Part shown: positions 37,964 through 47,227 of the stretch, one piece after another | Numbering within the stretch: the stretch's first letter is position 1 | Layout: every line of letters begins with the position of its first letter | Source of the DNA: Candidatus Fermentibacteraceae bacterium | GTDB taxonomy: Bacteria > Fermentibacterota > Fermentibacteria > Fermentibacterales > JCC-6 | Length of the DNA stretch: 64,000 bases | Direction of reading: 5' to 3' | NCBI GenBank assembly: GCA_041750285.1 | Contig: JBGSZS010000004.1 | Coordinates: 256,001-320,000 of the forward strand | Translations under genes and position numbers: made by a program | Notes under the pieces: generated by a model | Seen by the model: only the letters and a program-made list of their open reading frames with translations | Told to the model about the DNA's origin: nothing | The model's database searches: none

Positions 37964-40135
37964 TTATGGAAGCACCGTCATTCTCGCGGTTTGTACGCCC
38001 GCAGGTCCGGCGAGCCTGACGAAGTAGATGCCGGCGCTCATCGTGCGAACATCGACCGGAATGTTCACGCTGCCCGCTGCAAGTCCCGGTGTCAGGTCTT
38101 TCACCACCCTTCCCGCCACATCCAGCATGACCAGTGAAACCCCATCCGTTGAGCCAAGGCATACAGGTACTATTGCGGTGGCTCTTGCGGGGCTCGGTGT
38201 GACCATGCCGAGAAGGAATGAGTCTTCGACAAGGGTTTCGGAACCATCCGCCACCCCCACTCCCACCACCTGGGCGTGCACCGCTTCGGCGGGCCAGCCC
38301 GGGCCGAACGAGTCGTCGACCGCCCACGCCCTGAACCAGTAGTCTCCCGTGGGGAGACCGCTGACCGTGTGCTGGGAAGAACCCAGTCCGTCGGCCTGGA
38401 TGGTGTTCGTATTCCACACTTCCACCTTGATGTCGTCGATGTAGAGGGCGCAGCTCCCCGCCGGGCCGTAACTCTCCCACCGGAAGGAAAGGGTCTTGCC
38501 CTGCCACTCGTCAAGCTCGTGGATGTTGAAGCGCCAGTTCATGTCGTTGCGGCCGAACGTCTGGAGGTAGTACCAGTTCGCACCGCCATCGGGGCTGTAG
38601 CTGAAGGCTCCCTGGTAGCTCTCCGGAACGATGTTCTGCATGCTCCAGAAGCTGATCCGCCCACCTCCGCCCGGGGGGATGGTGACTGTCTGCTGCCAGG
38701 TCATGGCGCCGGTTCCGTTTGACCGGTAACACTGGCCCGGGCTGTGGTACTGGGTGCCTGTCATTATCCAGTTCACCTTGTTGAAGGGGCCCGAGTCTCC
38801 CGTGTCGTTCAGGGGGACCTGATACCCTGAAAGACGCTGAAGGGCGTAGGAAGACGCGTTGGACGCGTCGCTCCAGTCCACGGTGAAGCTGCCCGAGACC
38901 ATGCCTATCTCATCCATAACGGGAATGCCGGGCACCTCGGGATCGTAGGGGCGGCCGGCGAGGCACGCTGTAACGAGGTAGCTTCTGAGATTTCTGCGGG
39001 ACAGCCTGATGACCTCGTCCGCTGATGGCCAGAAACCGGCGAAGGAGGCTCCCGTTTCGTGGTTCCAACTCATAGCCCCGTACAGCCCGTAGGAATGGTC
39101 CCTGGTGTTGCCCGATGCGTAGTAGAACTGCGTGGAGGGGTAATGGTCCTCACCGGTGGCCCAAGTCACCATTATCTCGCCCTGCGTCGTGTACTGGGCC
39201 GCGTGTGTCGTGGGGTCGTCGGTCCAGCCCCAGGGGTAGATCAGGGCGTTCGCGTAAGCATGGGTCGAATGCATCTGGGCAGGTGGATGTGTCTGCCAGA
39301 ATGCATCGATGTTCGAAGTTTCGGGCTCGCTCAGGGGAGCGGTTCCGCGGTAGGTCTCGCTTGACGGGTCTCCGCTCGAGCCTGCGCCGCCCCAACCCAC
39401 CGCCCAGTTCCTGTTGAGGTCTATCCCCGAACCGCCCGCAGACAGGTTCCTGTTCTTCCTGTGCATGCCGCCGCCGCCTGGAGACTGCGCCTGATTGTAT
39501 ACCCAGCCGTCGATGTTGTTCACGGGAAGGCACCAGATCTCCCTGTTGTCGAGTATCCAGTCCGCCTGGTAACCGCAGTAACCGTTGCGGCCGTGGTTCG
39601 AGCAGAGCCACATCATCCAGTACTGTATGTTGCGAAGGCTGGCGCCTTCCCTGGAGTGGATGAGGCCGTCGTACCAGGCGTTGGGCATCGAGGGGTCGTC
39701 GGCGCTGAAGCTGTTGTTCGACGAGAGCTTCATGACGAGTTGCGGGCGGCCCTCGTAGGTGTTGCCAATGGATGTGGGGGCGCTGGTTATGCCGGGATTC
39801 GCGGCGTGCAGCGAGTCCATCCAGCTCTGCACCTCGGTCCAGGTCTGGAATCCCCCCATGGTGATGGGTTCACGGTACTGGGAGGTGTAGAGCGCGGTCA
39901 TGTCGGGTACGAGGCAGGTGGCCTGAAGGCCGCTTCGCAGCAGGAGAGCCCTTTCCGGGTCCGACGCCACGAAGTCGCAGGAAGCATCGGCGTAGACTAC
40001 CACAGGGTCGAACCCGAGCGCGCTGAACCTCTGGATGTCTCCCTCGCACACCGGCGTGAACCTCATCAGCGACCATGTTTCCGCGAAGACGGGACTCGAG
40101 GCCGCGACCGCAAGGAAAAGAACGGCTGTACGCAC
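37964..40135 (-). CDS. Secreted M14 zinc carboxypeptidase with C-terminal sorting-type domain
   Basis: GGGAGG RBS and GTG start, signal peptide, HSRE, RKN, GIDLNRNW, SEPET, HAY; C-terminal DVAGRVV...AGIYFVRL. Confidence 0.88.
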   Translation of the reverse strand: MRTAVLFLAVAASSPVFAETWSLMRFTPVCEGDIQRFSALGFDPVVVYADASCDFVASDPERALLLRSGLQATCLVPDMTALYTSQYREPITMGGFQTWTEVQSWMDSLHAANPGITSAPTSIGNTYEGRPQLVMKLSSNNSFSADDPSMPNAWYDGLIHSREGASLRNIQYWMMWLCSNHGRNGYCGYQADWILDNREIWCLPVNNIDGWVYNQAQSPGGGGMHRKNRNLSAGGSGIDLNRNWAVGWGGAGSSGDPSSETYRGTAPLSEPETSNIDAFWQTHPPAQMHSTHAYANALIYPWGWTDDPTTHAAQYTTQGEIMVTWATGEDHYPSTQFYYASGNTRDHSYGLYGAMSWNHETGASFAGFWPSADEVIRLSRRNLRSYLVTACLAGRPYDPEVPGIPVMDEIGMVSGSFTVDWSDASNASSYALQRLSGYQVPLNDTGDSGPFNKVNWIMTGTQYHSPGQCYRSNGTGAMTWQQTVTIPPGGGGRISFWSMQNIVPESYQGAFSYSPDGGANWYYLQTFGRNDMNWRFNIHELDEWQGKTLSFRWESYGPAGSCALYIDDIKVEVWNTNTIQADGLGSSQHTVSGLPTGDYWFRAWAVDDSFGPGWPAEAVHAQVVGVGVADGSETLVEDSFLLGMVTPSPARATAIVPVCLGSTDGVSLVMLDVAGRVVKDLTPGLAAGSVNIPVDVRTMSAGIYFVRLAGPAGVQTARMTVLP

Positions 40136-40262
40136 AACTTGCCTCCCGTGCAAAGTGTTTTCAACTGGAAATATAGAAATGGGGGGCATGGGTGTCAGGA
40201 TTTTTGTATCTTCCGGAAAGAACGGAACAAAAGGCTTAAAGGTCACTGCACCGGAGGTTTCC

Positions 40263-42284
40263 ATGAAGAGCTTCGCAGAAGAGGTGCGCGGGGGTATTCC
40301 AGGCTCTATCCCCCCAATGCCGCCATCAGTTCAGGGCGTCAATCACGCACCGACCAGACCGGACGTTCTTACCCCCTCCGAGAGGGAACTCGCCCTGAAA
40401 AACGCGCTCAGGTACTTCCCGAAGGATTGGCACGCCGCCCTCGCCCCCGAGTTTGCGCTGGAACTCAAGAACGACGGCAGGATAACGATGCGCCGTTTCA
40501 GGCCGTCATACGAGATGCGGGCACGGCCCATCACCGACTATCCCTGCCGCACCCCCCAGGCGGCGGCGGTGATGCTGATGATCCAGAACAACCTCGACCC
40601 GAGGGTGGCGCAGCATCCGGAAGAACTGGTGACCTACGGCGGCAATGGCAACGTTTTCCAGAACTGGGCACAATACCTTCTCACTATGAAATACCTTTCC
40701 GAGATGACCGACAGGCAGACCCTGGTCCTCTACTCCGGCCACCCCCTCGGCCTTTTCCCGAGCCATGCCGACGCTCCGCGGGTTGTCGTCACGAACGGAA
40801 TGGTCATTCCCAACCACTCCAGTCAGACCGACTACAACCGCATGGCAGCCCTCGGGGTGACCAGCTACGGCCAGATGACGGCAGGCAGCTTCATGTACAT
40901 CGGCCCCCAGGGGATCGTTCACGGAACGACCATCACGCTCATGAACGCCGCCAGGATGTTCCTCGAAGGCGACGGCACGCTTGCGGGAAGGCTTTTCGTG
41001 ACAAGCGGCCTGGGCGGGATGAGCGGCGCGCAGGCAAAGGCGGCGGTCATCGCGGGCGCCATTGGTGTTGTCGCCGAGATCAATCCAAAACCGCTTCACA
41101 CAAGGCACAGTCAGGGCTGGTTGCAGGAGGTCGAGGAAGACCTCGACCGCGTGCTTCTGAGGATCGACCGCGCAAAGCGTGAGAAAAAGCCCCTCAGTCT
41201 CGGCTATCTGGGCAATGTCGTGGATCTTTGGGAAAAGCTTGCCTCCGGGGGTGTATCGGTTGACCTCGGCAGCGACCAGACAAGCCTTCACAACCCCTTC
41301 ATGGGCGGCTACTACCCTGTGGGGCTCACCCTGGAACAGAGCAACGCCATGATGGTGAAAGACCCACAAGGCTTCAGGGATGCGGTCCAGGAATCCCTCA
41401 GAAGGCAGGTCAGGGCCATCAACACCCTTCACGATGGCGGCATGTACTTCTGGGACTACGGCAACGCCTTCCTGCTCGAGGCGGGCAGGGCAGGGGCCGA
41501 ACGGATACTCAGGCCCGACGGCACGTTCGGGTACCCCTCCTACGTCGAGGACATAATGGGCCCGGTCTGTTTCGACTACGGCTTCGGCCCTTTCCGCTGG
41601 GTGTGCACCTCCGCGAACCCCGAAGACCTGGCCGCGACCGACCGCATAGCGGGTGACGTCCTCGAGGCAATGGCAAAGGACGCCCCCCCCGAAAACCGCC
41701 GGCAGCTCCTCGACAACCTGCTCTGGATCAGGCAGGCCGCCGGCAACAGACTGGTCGTCGGCAGCCAGGCAAGGATCCTGTACGCTGACTGGAAGGGCCG
41801 GATCGAACTGGCCCTTGCCTTCAACAGGGCGATAGCCGACGGAGCCGTTTCGGCCCCGATAGTCCTGGGCCGTGACCATCACGACGTTTCCGGCACCGAC
41901 AGCCCCTACCGCGAAACCGCCAACATACGCGACGGCTCGATGTTCACTGCGGACATGGCGGTACACAACGTCATAGGCGACTCGTTCCGCGGCGCGACGT
42001 GGGTAAGCCTTCACAACGGCGGCGGCGTTGGCTGGGGCGAGGTCATGAACGGGGGCTTCGGCCTTCTTCTCGACGGCACGGAAGACGCCGCGCGAAGGGC
42101 CCGCTCGATGTTGAGCTGGGACGTCGGCAACGGCCTGGCCCGAAGAAGCTGGGCCAGGAACCCGGGGGCGGTCTGGGCGATTGAACAGGCAATGAAGTCC
42201 GAACCTCTGATGAAGGTCACCATGCCGGTCGCAGCCGATGACAGCTTGGTAGCAGAAGCCACCCGGCAAGCCTTTGAGGACTGA
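40263..42284 (+). CDS. hutU: Urocanate hydratase (long type)
   Basis: NNLDP.VAQHPEELVTYGG, YGQMTAGS..YIGPQGIVHGT, GLGGMSGAQ, SDQTS, GRDHHD, HNGGGVGWG. Confidence 0.97.
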   Translation: MKSFAEEVRGGIPGSIPPMPPSVQGVNHAPTRPDVLTPSERELALKNALRYFPKDWHAALAPEFALELKNDGRITMRRFRPSYEMRARPITDYPCRTPQAAAVMLMIQNNLDPRVAQHPEELVTYGGNGNVFQNWAQYLLTMKYLSEMTDRQTLVLYSGHPLGLFPSHADAPRVVVTNGMVIPNHSSQTDYNRMAALGVTSYGQMTAGSFMYIGPQGIVHGTTITLMNAARMFLEGDGTLAGRLFVTSGLGGMSGAQAKAAVIAGAIGVVAEINPKPLHTRHSQGWLQEVEEDLDRVLLRIDRAKREKKPLSLGYLGNVVDLWEKLASGGVSVDLGSDQTSLHNPFMGGYYPVGLTLEQSNAMMVKDPQGFRDAVQESLRRQVRAINTLHDGGMYFWDYGNAFLLEAGRAGAERILRPDGTFGYPSYVEDIMGPVCFDYGFGPFRWVCTSANPEDLAATDRIAGDVLEAMAKDAPPENRRQLLDNLLWIRQAAGNRLVVGSQARILYADWKGRIELALAFNRAIADGAVSAPIVLGRDHHDVSGTDSPYRETANIRDGSMFTADMAVHNVIGDSFRGATWVSLHNGGGVGWGEVMNGGFGLLLDGTEDAARRARSMLSWDVGNGLARRSWARNPGAVWAIEQAMKSEPLMKVTMPVAADDSLVAEATRQAFED

Positions 42285-42295
42285 GGCGACAACTG

Positions 42296-42976
42296 ATGCA
42301 ACCCAATCTCAAACCATTGCAGTCAAATACTTTGCCGCAGCAAACTAAGTTATCTAAGTCCGTCCCCAAGGCGGTGCTGTTCGACGTGGACGGCACGCTG
42401 CTGGATTACCGCAGGGCGCAGAGCGAGGCGGTGGGGCACGACGCGAAGCTGCTCAAGCTCGTGAACTCGCCCGAGGTGCAGTCGTACGAGGCAAGGGGGG
42501 TTCCAGAACCGCAGGGCGAATTGAAAGAGTTCCTCACGGGTTACTTCCAAAGGCTCTCAGGACAGGGCGCGCTCATGCCGGGCGTGCGTGAGGCCCTGAA
42601 GTCGCTGCAGGGAAAAACGCTGTTCGCCCTTGTCTCGAACGGCGCAGGAGCGGTTCAGGACTCAAGACTGGCAGCGGGTGGGATTATTGATTACTTTCCC
42701 GTGAGGGTGTACAGCCGGGATGAAGGGGTGGCCAAGCCCGACCCCCGCATACTTTCGATCACGCTGGAAAGGCTTGGCGTTCTTCCGGAACAGGCGGTTT
42801 TCGTGGGCGACAGCGCGACCAGCGACATGGCTGCAGCACAGGCTCTGGGCATGGATTTCATCTGGTTCAGGCCGGACGGCCGCTTCGACTCCCCCGGTAA
42901 AAGAGTGGCGGAGATTACCGAACTGGTTCAACTGCCGGAGCTTGTTGCCCGGCATAGCGGAGAGGGTGAAAAATGA
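42296..42976 (+). CDS. HAD-superfamily hydrolase (YjjG-like); start uncertain
   Basis: FDVDGTL, VSNG, KPDP, VGDS..SD. Confidence 0.85.
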   Translation: MQPNLKPLQSNTLPQQTKLSKSVPKAVLFDVDGTLLDYRRAQSEAVGHDAKLLKLVNSPEVQSYEARGVPEPQGELKEFLTGYFQRLSGQGALMPGVREALKSLQGKTLFALVSNGAGAVQDSRLAAGGIIDYFPVRVYSRDEGVAKPDPRILSITLERLGVLPEQAVFVGDSATSDMAAAQALGMDFIWFRPDGRFDSPGKRVAEITELVQLPELVARHSGEGEK

Positions 42977-43464
42977 AGTACCTTGTTCTCGTCCTGGCAC
43001 TTGCCACAGTATCCTTCGGATACGTCAGCCACGGCCCCCAGGTGGGCGTGTGGATCCCCACCGGCGACATGGCCGACGGCTACGGCACCAGCTTCGGCAT
43101 CGGATATCAGCTGCTCTACCACATGCCGGTCGTTGCCATCGAAGGCTCCATCGGCTACGTCTTCCTCACCCCTGAAGAGGTCGAAGGCGCCGATGTCAGC
43201 GCCCACCTCATCCCCATCACCGCCGGCATCCGCAGCTACAGCGGCTCCCTCTACGCCGCGGGCGGTCTCGAGTACGACAACACCAGCGTCAGCGTGGAGG
43301 TCGGCGGCGTCGAGACCAGCGACTCCGACGGCGAGATCGGCGCCTACTTCGGCGCGGGCATGGTCAACAGGATGGGCTTCGGCAAGCTCGACCTCAGCGC
43401 CAGGGCCCACTGGATGGATTTCGACGAGTTCATGATCAGCATCGGCGGCGGCATCAACTTCTAA
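42973..43464 (+). CDS. Outer-membrane beta-barrel protein
   Basis: Signal peptide, about 8 amphipathic strands, C-terminal GINF; strong C-ending codon bias. Confidence 0.8.
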   Translation: MKYLVLVLALATVSFGYVSHGPQVGVWIPTGDMADGYGTSFGIGYQLLYHMPVVAIEGSIGYVFLTPEEVEGADVSAHLIPITAGIRSYSGSLYAAGGLEYDNTSVSVEVGGVETSDSDGEIGAYFGAGMVNRMGFGKLDLSARAHWMDFDEFMISIGGGINF

Positions 43465-43479
43465 GCCGTCAGGTTCCGG

Positions 43480-43509
43480 AAGGGGCGGGCTTCGGTCCGC
43501 CCCTCTTTT
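43480..43509 (+). terminator. Rho-independent terminator
   Basis: AGGGGCGGGC-TTCG-GTCCGCCCCT followed by CTTTT. Confidence 0.8.
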
Positions 43510-43549
43510 GATATCCGGCAAAGCCATCCAGCCCAATGAACTGAAAGAG

Positions 43550-43837
43550 TCAGGTTCTGGGCAACTCACACAATTCCAGCGTGCCGCCGTTTCTCAGAAC
43601 CGGGTGTTCGCGAAGCAGGTTCTTCAGCGCTTCAACATCCTCAGACTCAAAACGCATGTATCCTGAAACACTCTTCGTCGTATCGGGCACTTCCTTGCTG
43701 CCAAGCCGGATCCGCTTCCCTATCTCGCTGCCGCCCTGAAACAGACCGCTGCTCCTTGCCAGCTCGAGGAAACTGTCCCATTCTTCGGCTCTTGTCGGTG
43801 TATCGGTATTGTCATGGATAAACAGGATATACTCCAT
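43550..43837 (-). CDS. YciI-like protein
   Basis: MEYILFIH, GGS, SGYM, HP...GGTLELCEL. Confidence 0.65.
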   Translation of the reverse strand: MEYILFIHDNTDTPTRAEEWDSFLELARSSGLFQGGSEIGKRIRLGSKEVPDTTKSVSGYMRFESEDVEALKNLLREHPVLRNGGTLELCELPRT

Positions 43838-43894
43838 GTTGTCTTCCCCCATGTTGCGAAATGGCATTCAGTGAAACACAACGCCTGATCAGGG

Positions 43895-44290
43895 TCAGTC
43901 GTAGCAACAGGTGTACCGGGATTCCTCGTCCTCTTCGATTTCAGTCGACCCGCACCTGATGCAACGGACAGGGGCATCAAAACGAAAGTGGCCCCCGCAA
44001 CGGTGCCTGCCGGCAAGACCCTCGATGAGCTTGTGGTACTCATCCTCGGTCAATGGTTCACCGGCATGGTCCTCCTGAACGCGTTTGTCATGCTCCGCCG
44101 TGGCAATGCTGTACGGTCCGCCCAACCCCTTGATGTATCTGCAGTGCAGCTCTCCCAGGTCCTTGAAGGCAATGAACCTGCCATGGCCGCACTTGTCGCA
44201 TCTGACCTGGAAGAATGTGAACCCTCCACCATCCTGCACTCTGAACTTCTTTCCACATTTCCTGCATCGTGCCCCGTACTCGGAACCCAT
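43895..44290 (-). CDS. Hypothetical Cys-rich (Zn-binding) protein
   Basis: GAGGGGAG RBS; CRKC, GGGF, CDKC, RCGG, RCIRCGS. Confidence 0.7.
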   Translation of the reverse strand: MGSEYGARCRKCGKKFRVQDGGGFTFFQVRCDKCGHGRFIAFKDLGELHCRYIKGLGGPYSIATAEHDKRVQEDHAGEPLTEDEYHKLIEGLAGRHRCGGHFRFDAPVRCIRCGSTEIEEDEESRYTCCYD

Positions 44291-44614
44291 GCGGCTTCTC
44301 CCCTCACCAAATCGACCCGTCTAATGCTTTCGAGCACGGCTGGAAACTCATGCAGAAGGCTGTTCGCACGGCATTTCAGCCGCTCGTCACATGGGTTCCC
44401 ACATCCTGAGACCGGCGTGGCTTGTGCCGGTGGAAGCGAAAGCAAATGCATGATAGGCGAATCATGCGTTTTATGCAACTGTCAGTTTCATGCACATAAC
44501 ATCCTCAGCAGGCACTCTTTCGATGACACCAGGTCATCAGTTGTCTCATACGGGGTATCGTGTTGGATCTGACGGCAACACTCTCCACACATCATGTACA
44601 TGCTTTCCGCTGTT

Positions 44615-45019
44615 TTATGGGGTTCCGTGAAGAACGATCGGCAGACACCCCGCGAATTGATGGAAATCCCCGTCCGTAGTGAAGATGGCAAGGTCTTGCC
44701 GCACGGCGACGGCGCAGATCAGGAAATCCGTGTTTGAGCCCTGGATTCCCGGTGAACGGCAGAGATTTACGTAGTTCGCTGCCGTCACGTAATCCTCTGT
44801 AAGCAGGGGCAGATCGGGGAAGGCTGCCAGATCGGCCTCGAGTCGTTCAAACTGCGACTGATCCCGTACTCCCGAGAGAATCTCCTGTCTGATCGGCCCG
44901 ATGATCTCGACAAAGTGGGCATCGATCAGGCGACGGAGCTCATCCACTTCCGCATTCAGAGAAGTGTCGCCGCGTCTCAACGCCAGAGACCAGACGCTCG
45001 TATCGACCAGAACCCTCAC
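44615..45019 (-). CDS. vapC: VapC/PIN-domain toxin
   Basis: VLVDTSVW, QEILSG, DFLICA, TTDGDF. Confidence 0.9.
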   Translation of the reverse strand: MRVLVDTSVWSLALRRGDTSLNAEVDELRRLIDAHFVEIIGPIRQEILSGVRDQSQFERLEADLAAFPDLPLLTEDYVTAANYVNLCRSPGIQGSNTDFLICAVAVRQDLAIFTTDGDFHQFAGCLPIVLHGTP

Positions 45020-45216
45020 TTCCGGGCCCGCTGCTTCTTGTAGTCGTATTCCGGCTGGAAATCGATTTTCCCGAAAAGCGACAGGACACGCCCCTGACGC
45101 AAGTGACGGACGTATTCCTCAAGAGCCTCGGTTACGGCTTCCCGCTTTGTGCGGTGGTTGCCCAGGGCAACCGCCTCTTTGATCAGTCTATCATCAAGCT
45201 CCAGATTTGTGGCCAT
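45016..45216 (-). CDS. vapB: VapB family antitoxin
   Basis: MATNLELDDRLI..A..LG..RTKREAV.EALEEYV; GTGA overlap with vapC; GGAGG RBS. Confidence 0.88.
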   Translation of the reverse strand: MATNLELDDRLIKEAVALGNHRTKREAVTEALEEYVRHLRQGRVLSLFGKIDFQPEYDYKKQRARK

Positions 45217-45225
45217 GGCTATCAC

Positions 45226-45265
45226 CTCCACACACAATATCACACATCGGATTGTGTGGAGTCAA
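45226..45265 (-). promoter_or_regulatory. vapBC promoter with inverted-repeat operator
   Basis: TTGACT -35 box; inverted repeat CTCCACACA...TGTGTGGAG with additional ACACA units. Confidence 0.55.
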
Positions 45266-45339
45266 TTGCTTCTCTCTTCAAAACGGCTGAGCTTTCCCCC
45301 TCGAGCATCAATGAGGTGCGAGCATGATACGGCACCTTG

Positions 45340-45789
45340 TCAGGCGTTCCCGGCTTTCCTGATCCGCGGGTGCTCTTCCCGGTAGAGCTTAAGCGCCGCA
45401 GGACTGGCAACAGGGACAAGTCGGCCACCGAATCGCCAGCGATGCGCAAACGTGTCGGATGGCCATTCGAAGATGACACTGTCGAAGAAGTTCGTGCAGA
45501 GCGCGTCTGGATCAACTAGAAAGACCTCGATCCGAACACCGTTCCTTTCAAATGCCCTTTTGTGTGAGAACCGCTTCTGCGGTATCACCGCATAGCGGTC
45601 GTCCGGGGCCAGCAAACCCTCGAGCGCAGCGAAGTCACGGGCTGCAAGCAGCAGGTCCACATCCGAATGGGTTTTCGGGGGGATGAGACCGAGGATCTCC
45701 TCCGCCCATCCTCCGAACACCACTACCGGCAATGACACAAGGTCATCCAACACGGAGAGGAGGAAACCAATGTTGTTTTCTTCCTTCAT
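45340..45789 (-). CDS. Nucleotidyltransferase, ANT(2'')/Lnu-like fold
   Basis: VFGGWAEE.LG..P...HSDVDL pol-beta-type motif. Confidence 0.7.
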   Translation of the reverse strand: MKEENNIGFLLSVLDDLVSLPVVVFGGWAEEILGLIPPKTHSDVDLLLAARDFAALEGLLAPDDRYAVIPQKRFSHKRAFERNGVRIEVFLVDPDALCTNFFDSVIFEWPSDTFAHRWRFGGRLVPVASPAALKLYREEHPRIRKAGNA

Positions 45790-45946
45790 CGTCCCAATCC
45801 GAATCGGTTTCCGTGCCGCTGCATCCATCAGCCGTCGAGCTGCACCGCCCGAAGGGAGGGAGGGGAATCCGGCGTGTCGGGGAAGATACGACAACAGCCT
45901 GAACCGGGAACAGGTTGCTCCGGTCTGTCCCCGAAAAATGGATGGC

Positions 45947-47224
45947 TCAGTGGGCAGCCGGGGCGAGGGCCTTCCTTCTCTTCGCGCTGTGGCGGATGAA
46001 CAGGATTCCCGCAGCCAGGAAGAACCCGGCGGACATCGCGAAGTTGGCCGTGTAGCTCGCGATCTGCATCACGGCGCTTCCCAGGACGGGGGCCACGAAC
46101 CCCCTCAGCGAGGTGGCGGTCACATGAAAGCCCTGGTAGGTGGCCGCCTTGCCTTCCGGGGCGAAGTGCATGCTGCTCATGTTCCAGGAGACCTGGACAC
46201 CGGCCATTCCCGCGGCATAGAAAAGCCATGCGCTGTAGAAGAGCACGACGCCCTGCGCCGGAAACAGGCTCGACGCCACCAGGAGCAGAGGGTAACCCGC
46301 CAGTATCAGGCACATGTGCCCCGTGAACCGGAACGGCCTTATCCTCTCGAGTCCGGCACCCAGGAGAGGGCCGAGGAAAACGAGCCCGATCTGTCCCAGA
46401 ACCCCCTTGGCGGTGGCGTACTGCTCGTACGAAAGGTGAAGGACGTCACGGGCGAAGAACGGTATGGCGGGCTGTATCCCCATGAAACCGAACCCGTAGA
46501 GCATGAAGAAGCTCTCGAACAGCACGAACTCGCGGTCCGCCTTGAAGATGGTCTTCAGCCCCTTCAGCATCTCCCTGATGGATGCCGACTGCTCTGGTCC
46601 GGTGTTCTTGAGCCCCCTCACCATGAAGGCCATGAAGAGGGCCTGCCCGGCTCCGAAGATCCCCTCGGCGAGGAAGAGCCAGCGGTAGAACGAGAAGTCG
46701 GCGTCAAGAAGCGCCCCCGCGAGGATGCTTGCCGGAAGGCTTATCAGGTTGAACAGGCTCATGCCCCAGCCGAAGAGGACTCCCCTGTTGCCGGTCCGGT
46801 ACCGGTGCCTGAACGCGGCGTTCATGCCGGGGATCACGACGCTGTTGGAGCCGAAGAAGAGAAGCAGCAGAAGCAGCATGGTGTTCACGCTGGATGAGAA
46901 GAGCATGAAGGCCACTGAGAGCCTCATCGCCGTTCCGACGAGCATCGCCCTGAAATGGCTGTTGGTGCTGTCCAGCCAGTGGCTCGCAAGAACGCTGAAC
47001 AGGTTGCTGACGGGCCAGATCATTGCGAGTATCGTGATCTGCGTGACCGAAGCGCCCAGGCCGTTGCCGGCAATGTAGTCGTGGTTCAGCACCACGCCCG
47101 AGGCTACGGCCCCGAGAGCCTGGCTTGCCATGTGAAGCCTGAAGGCACGCTTCTCGCCTGGAACCAGCGATACCTTCAGCATTCTGACCAGGCGGGACCC
47201 GAAGCCCTGGAGCTCGGGGAACAT
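45947..47224 (-). CDS. MFS transporter
   Basis: About 12 TM helices, RGVLFG, GALLD, RGFVAPVLG. Confidence 0.85.
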   Translation of the reverse strand: MFPELQGFGSRLVRMLKVSLVPGEKRAFRLHMASQALGAVASGVVLNHDYIAGNGLGASVTQITILAMIWPVSNLFSVLASHWLDSTNSHFRAMLVGTAMRLSVAFMLFSSSVNTMLLLLLLFFGSNSVVIPGMNAAFRHRYRTGNRGVLFGWGMSLFNLISLPASILAGALLDADFSFYRWLFLAEGIFGAGQALFMAFMVRGLKNTGPEQSASIREMLKGLKTIFKADREFVLFESFFMLYGFGFMGIQPAIPFFARDVLHLSYEQYATAKGVLGQIGLVFLGPLLGAGLERIRPFRFTGHMCLILAGYPLLLVASSLFPAQGVVLFYSAWLFYAAGMAGVQVSWNMSSMHFAPEGKAATYQGFHVTATSLRGFVAPVLGSAVMQIASYTANFAMSAGFFLAAGILFIRHSAKRRKALAPAAH

Positions 47225-47227
47225 GCC

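Noticed and set aside
37956..38507. Apparent N-terminal extension of GT9 in the ORF track
   Set aside because: Out-of-frame overlap with the peptidase 3' end; there is no evidence of a fusion or frameshift.
39461..42269. 573-aa (+) and 587-aa (-) ORFs over the peptidase and hutU
   Set aside because: Alternative-frame or antisense shadows with Arg/Pro-rich or motif-free translations.
44291..44614. Small ORFs in the island spacer (e.g. 44488..44691)
   Set aside because: No RBS or motif, and they overlap vapC or the Cys-rich gene; treated as non-coding.
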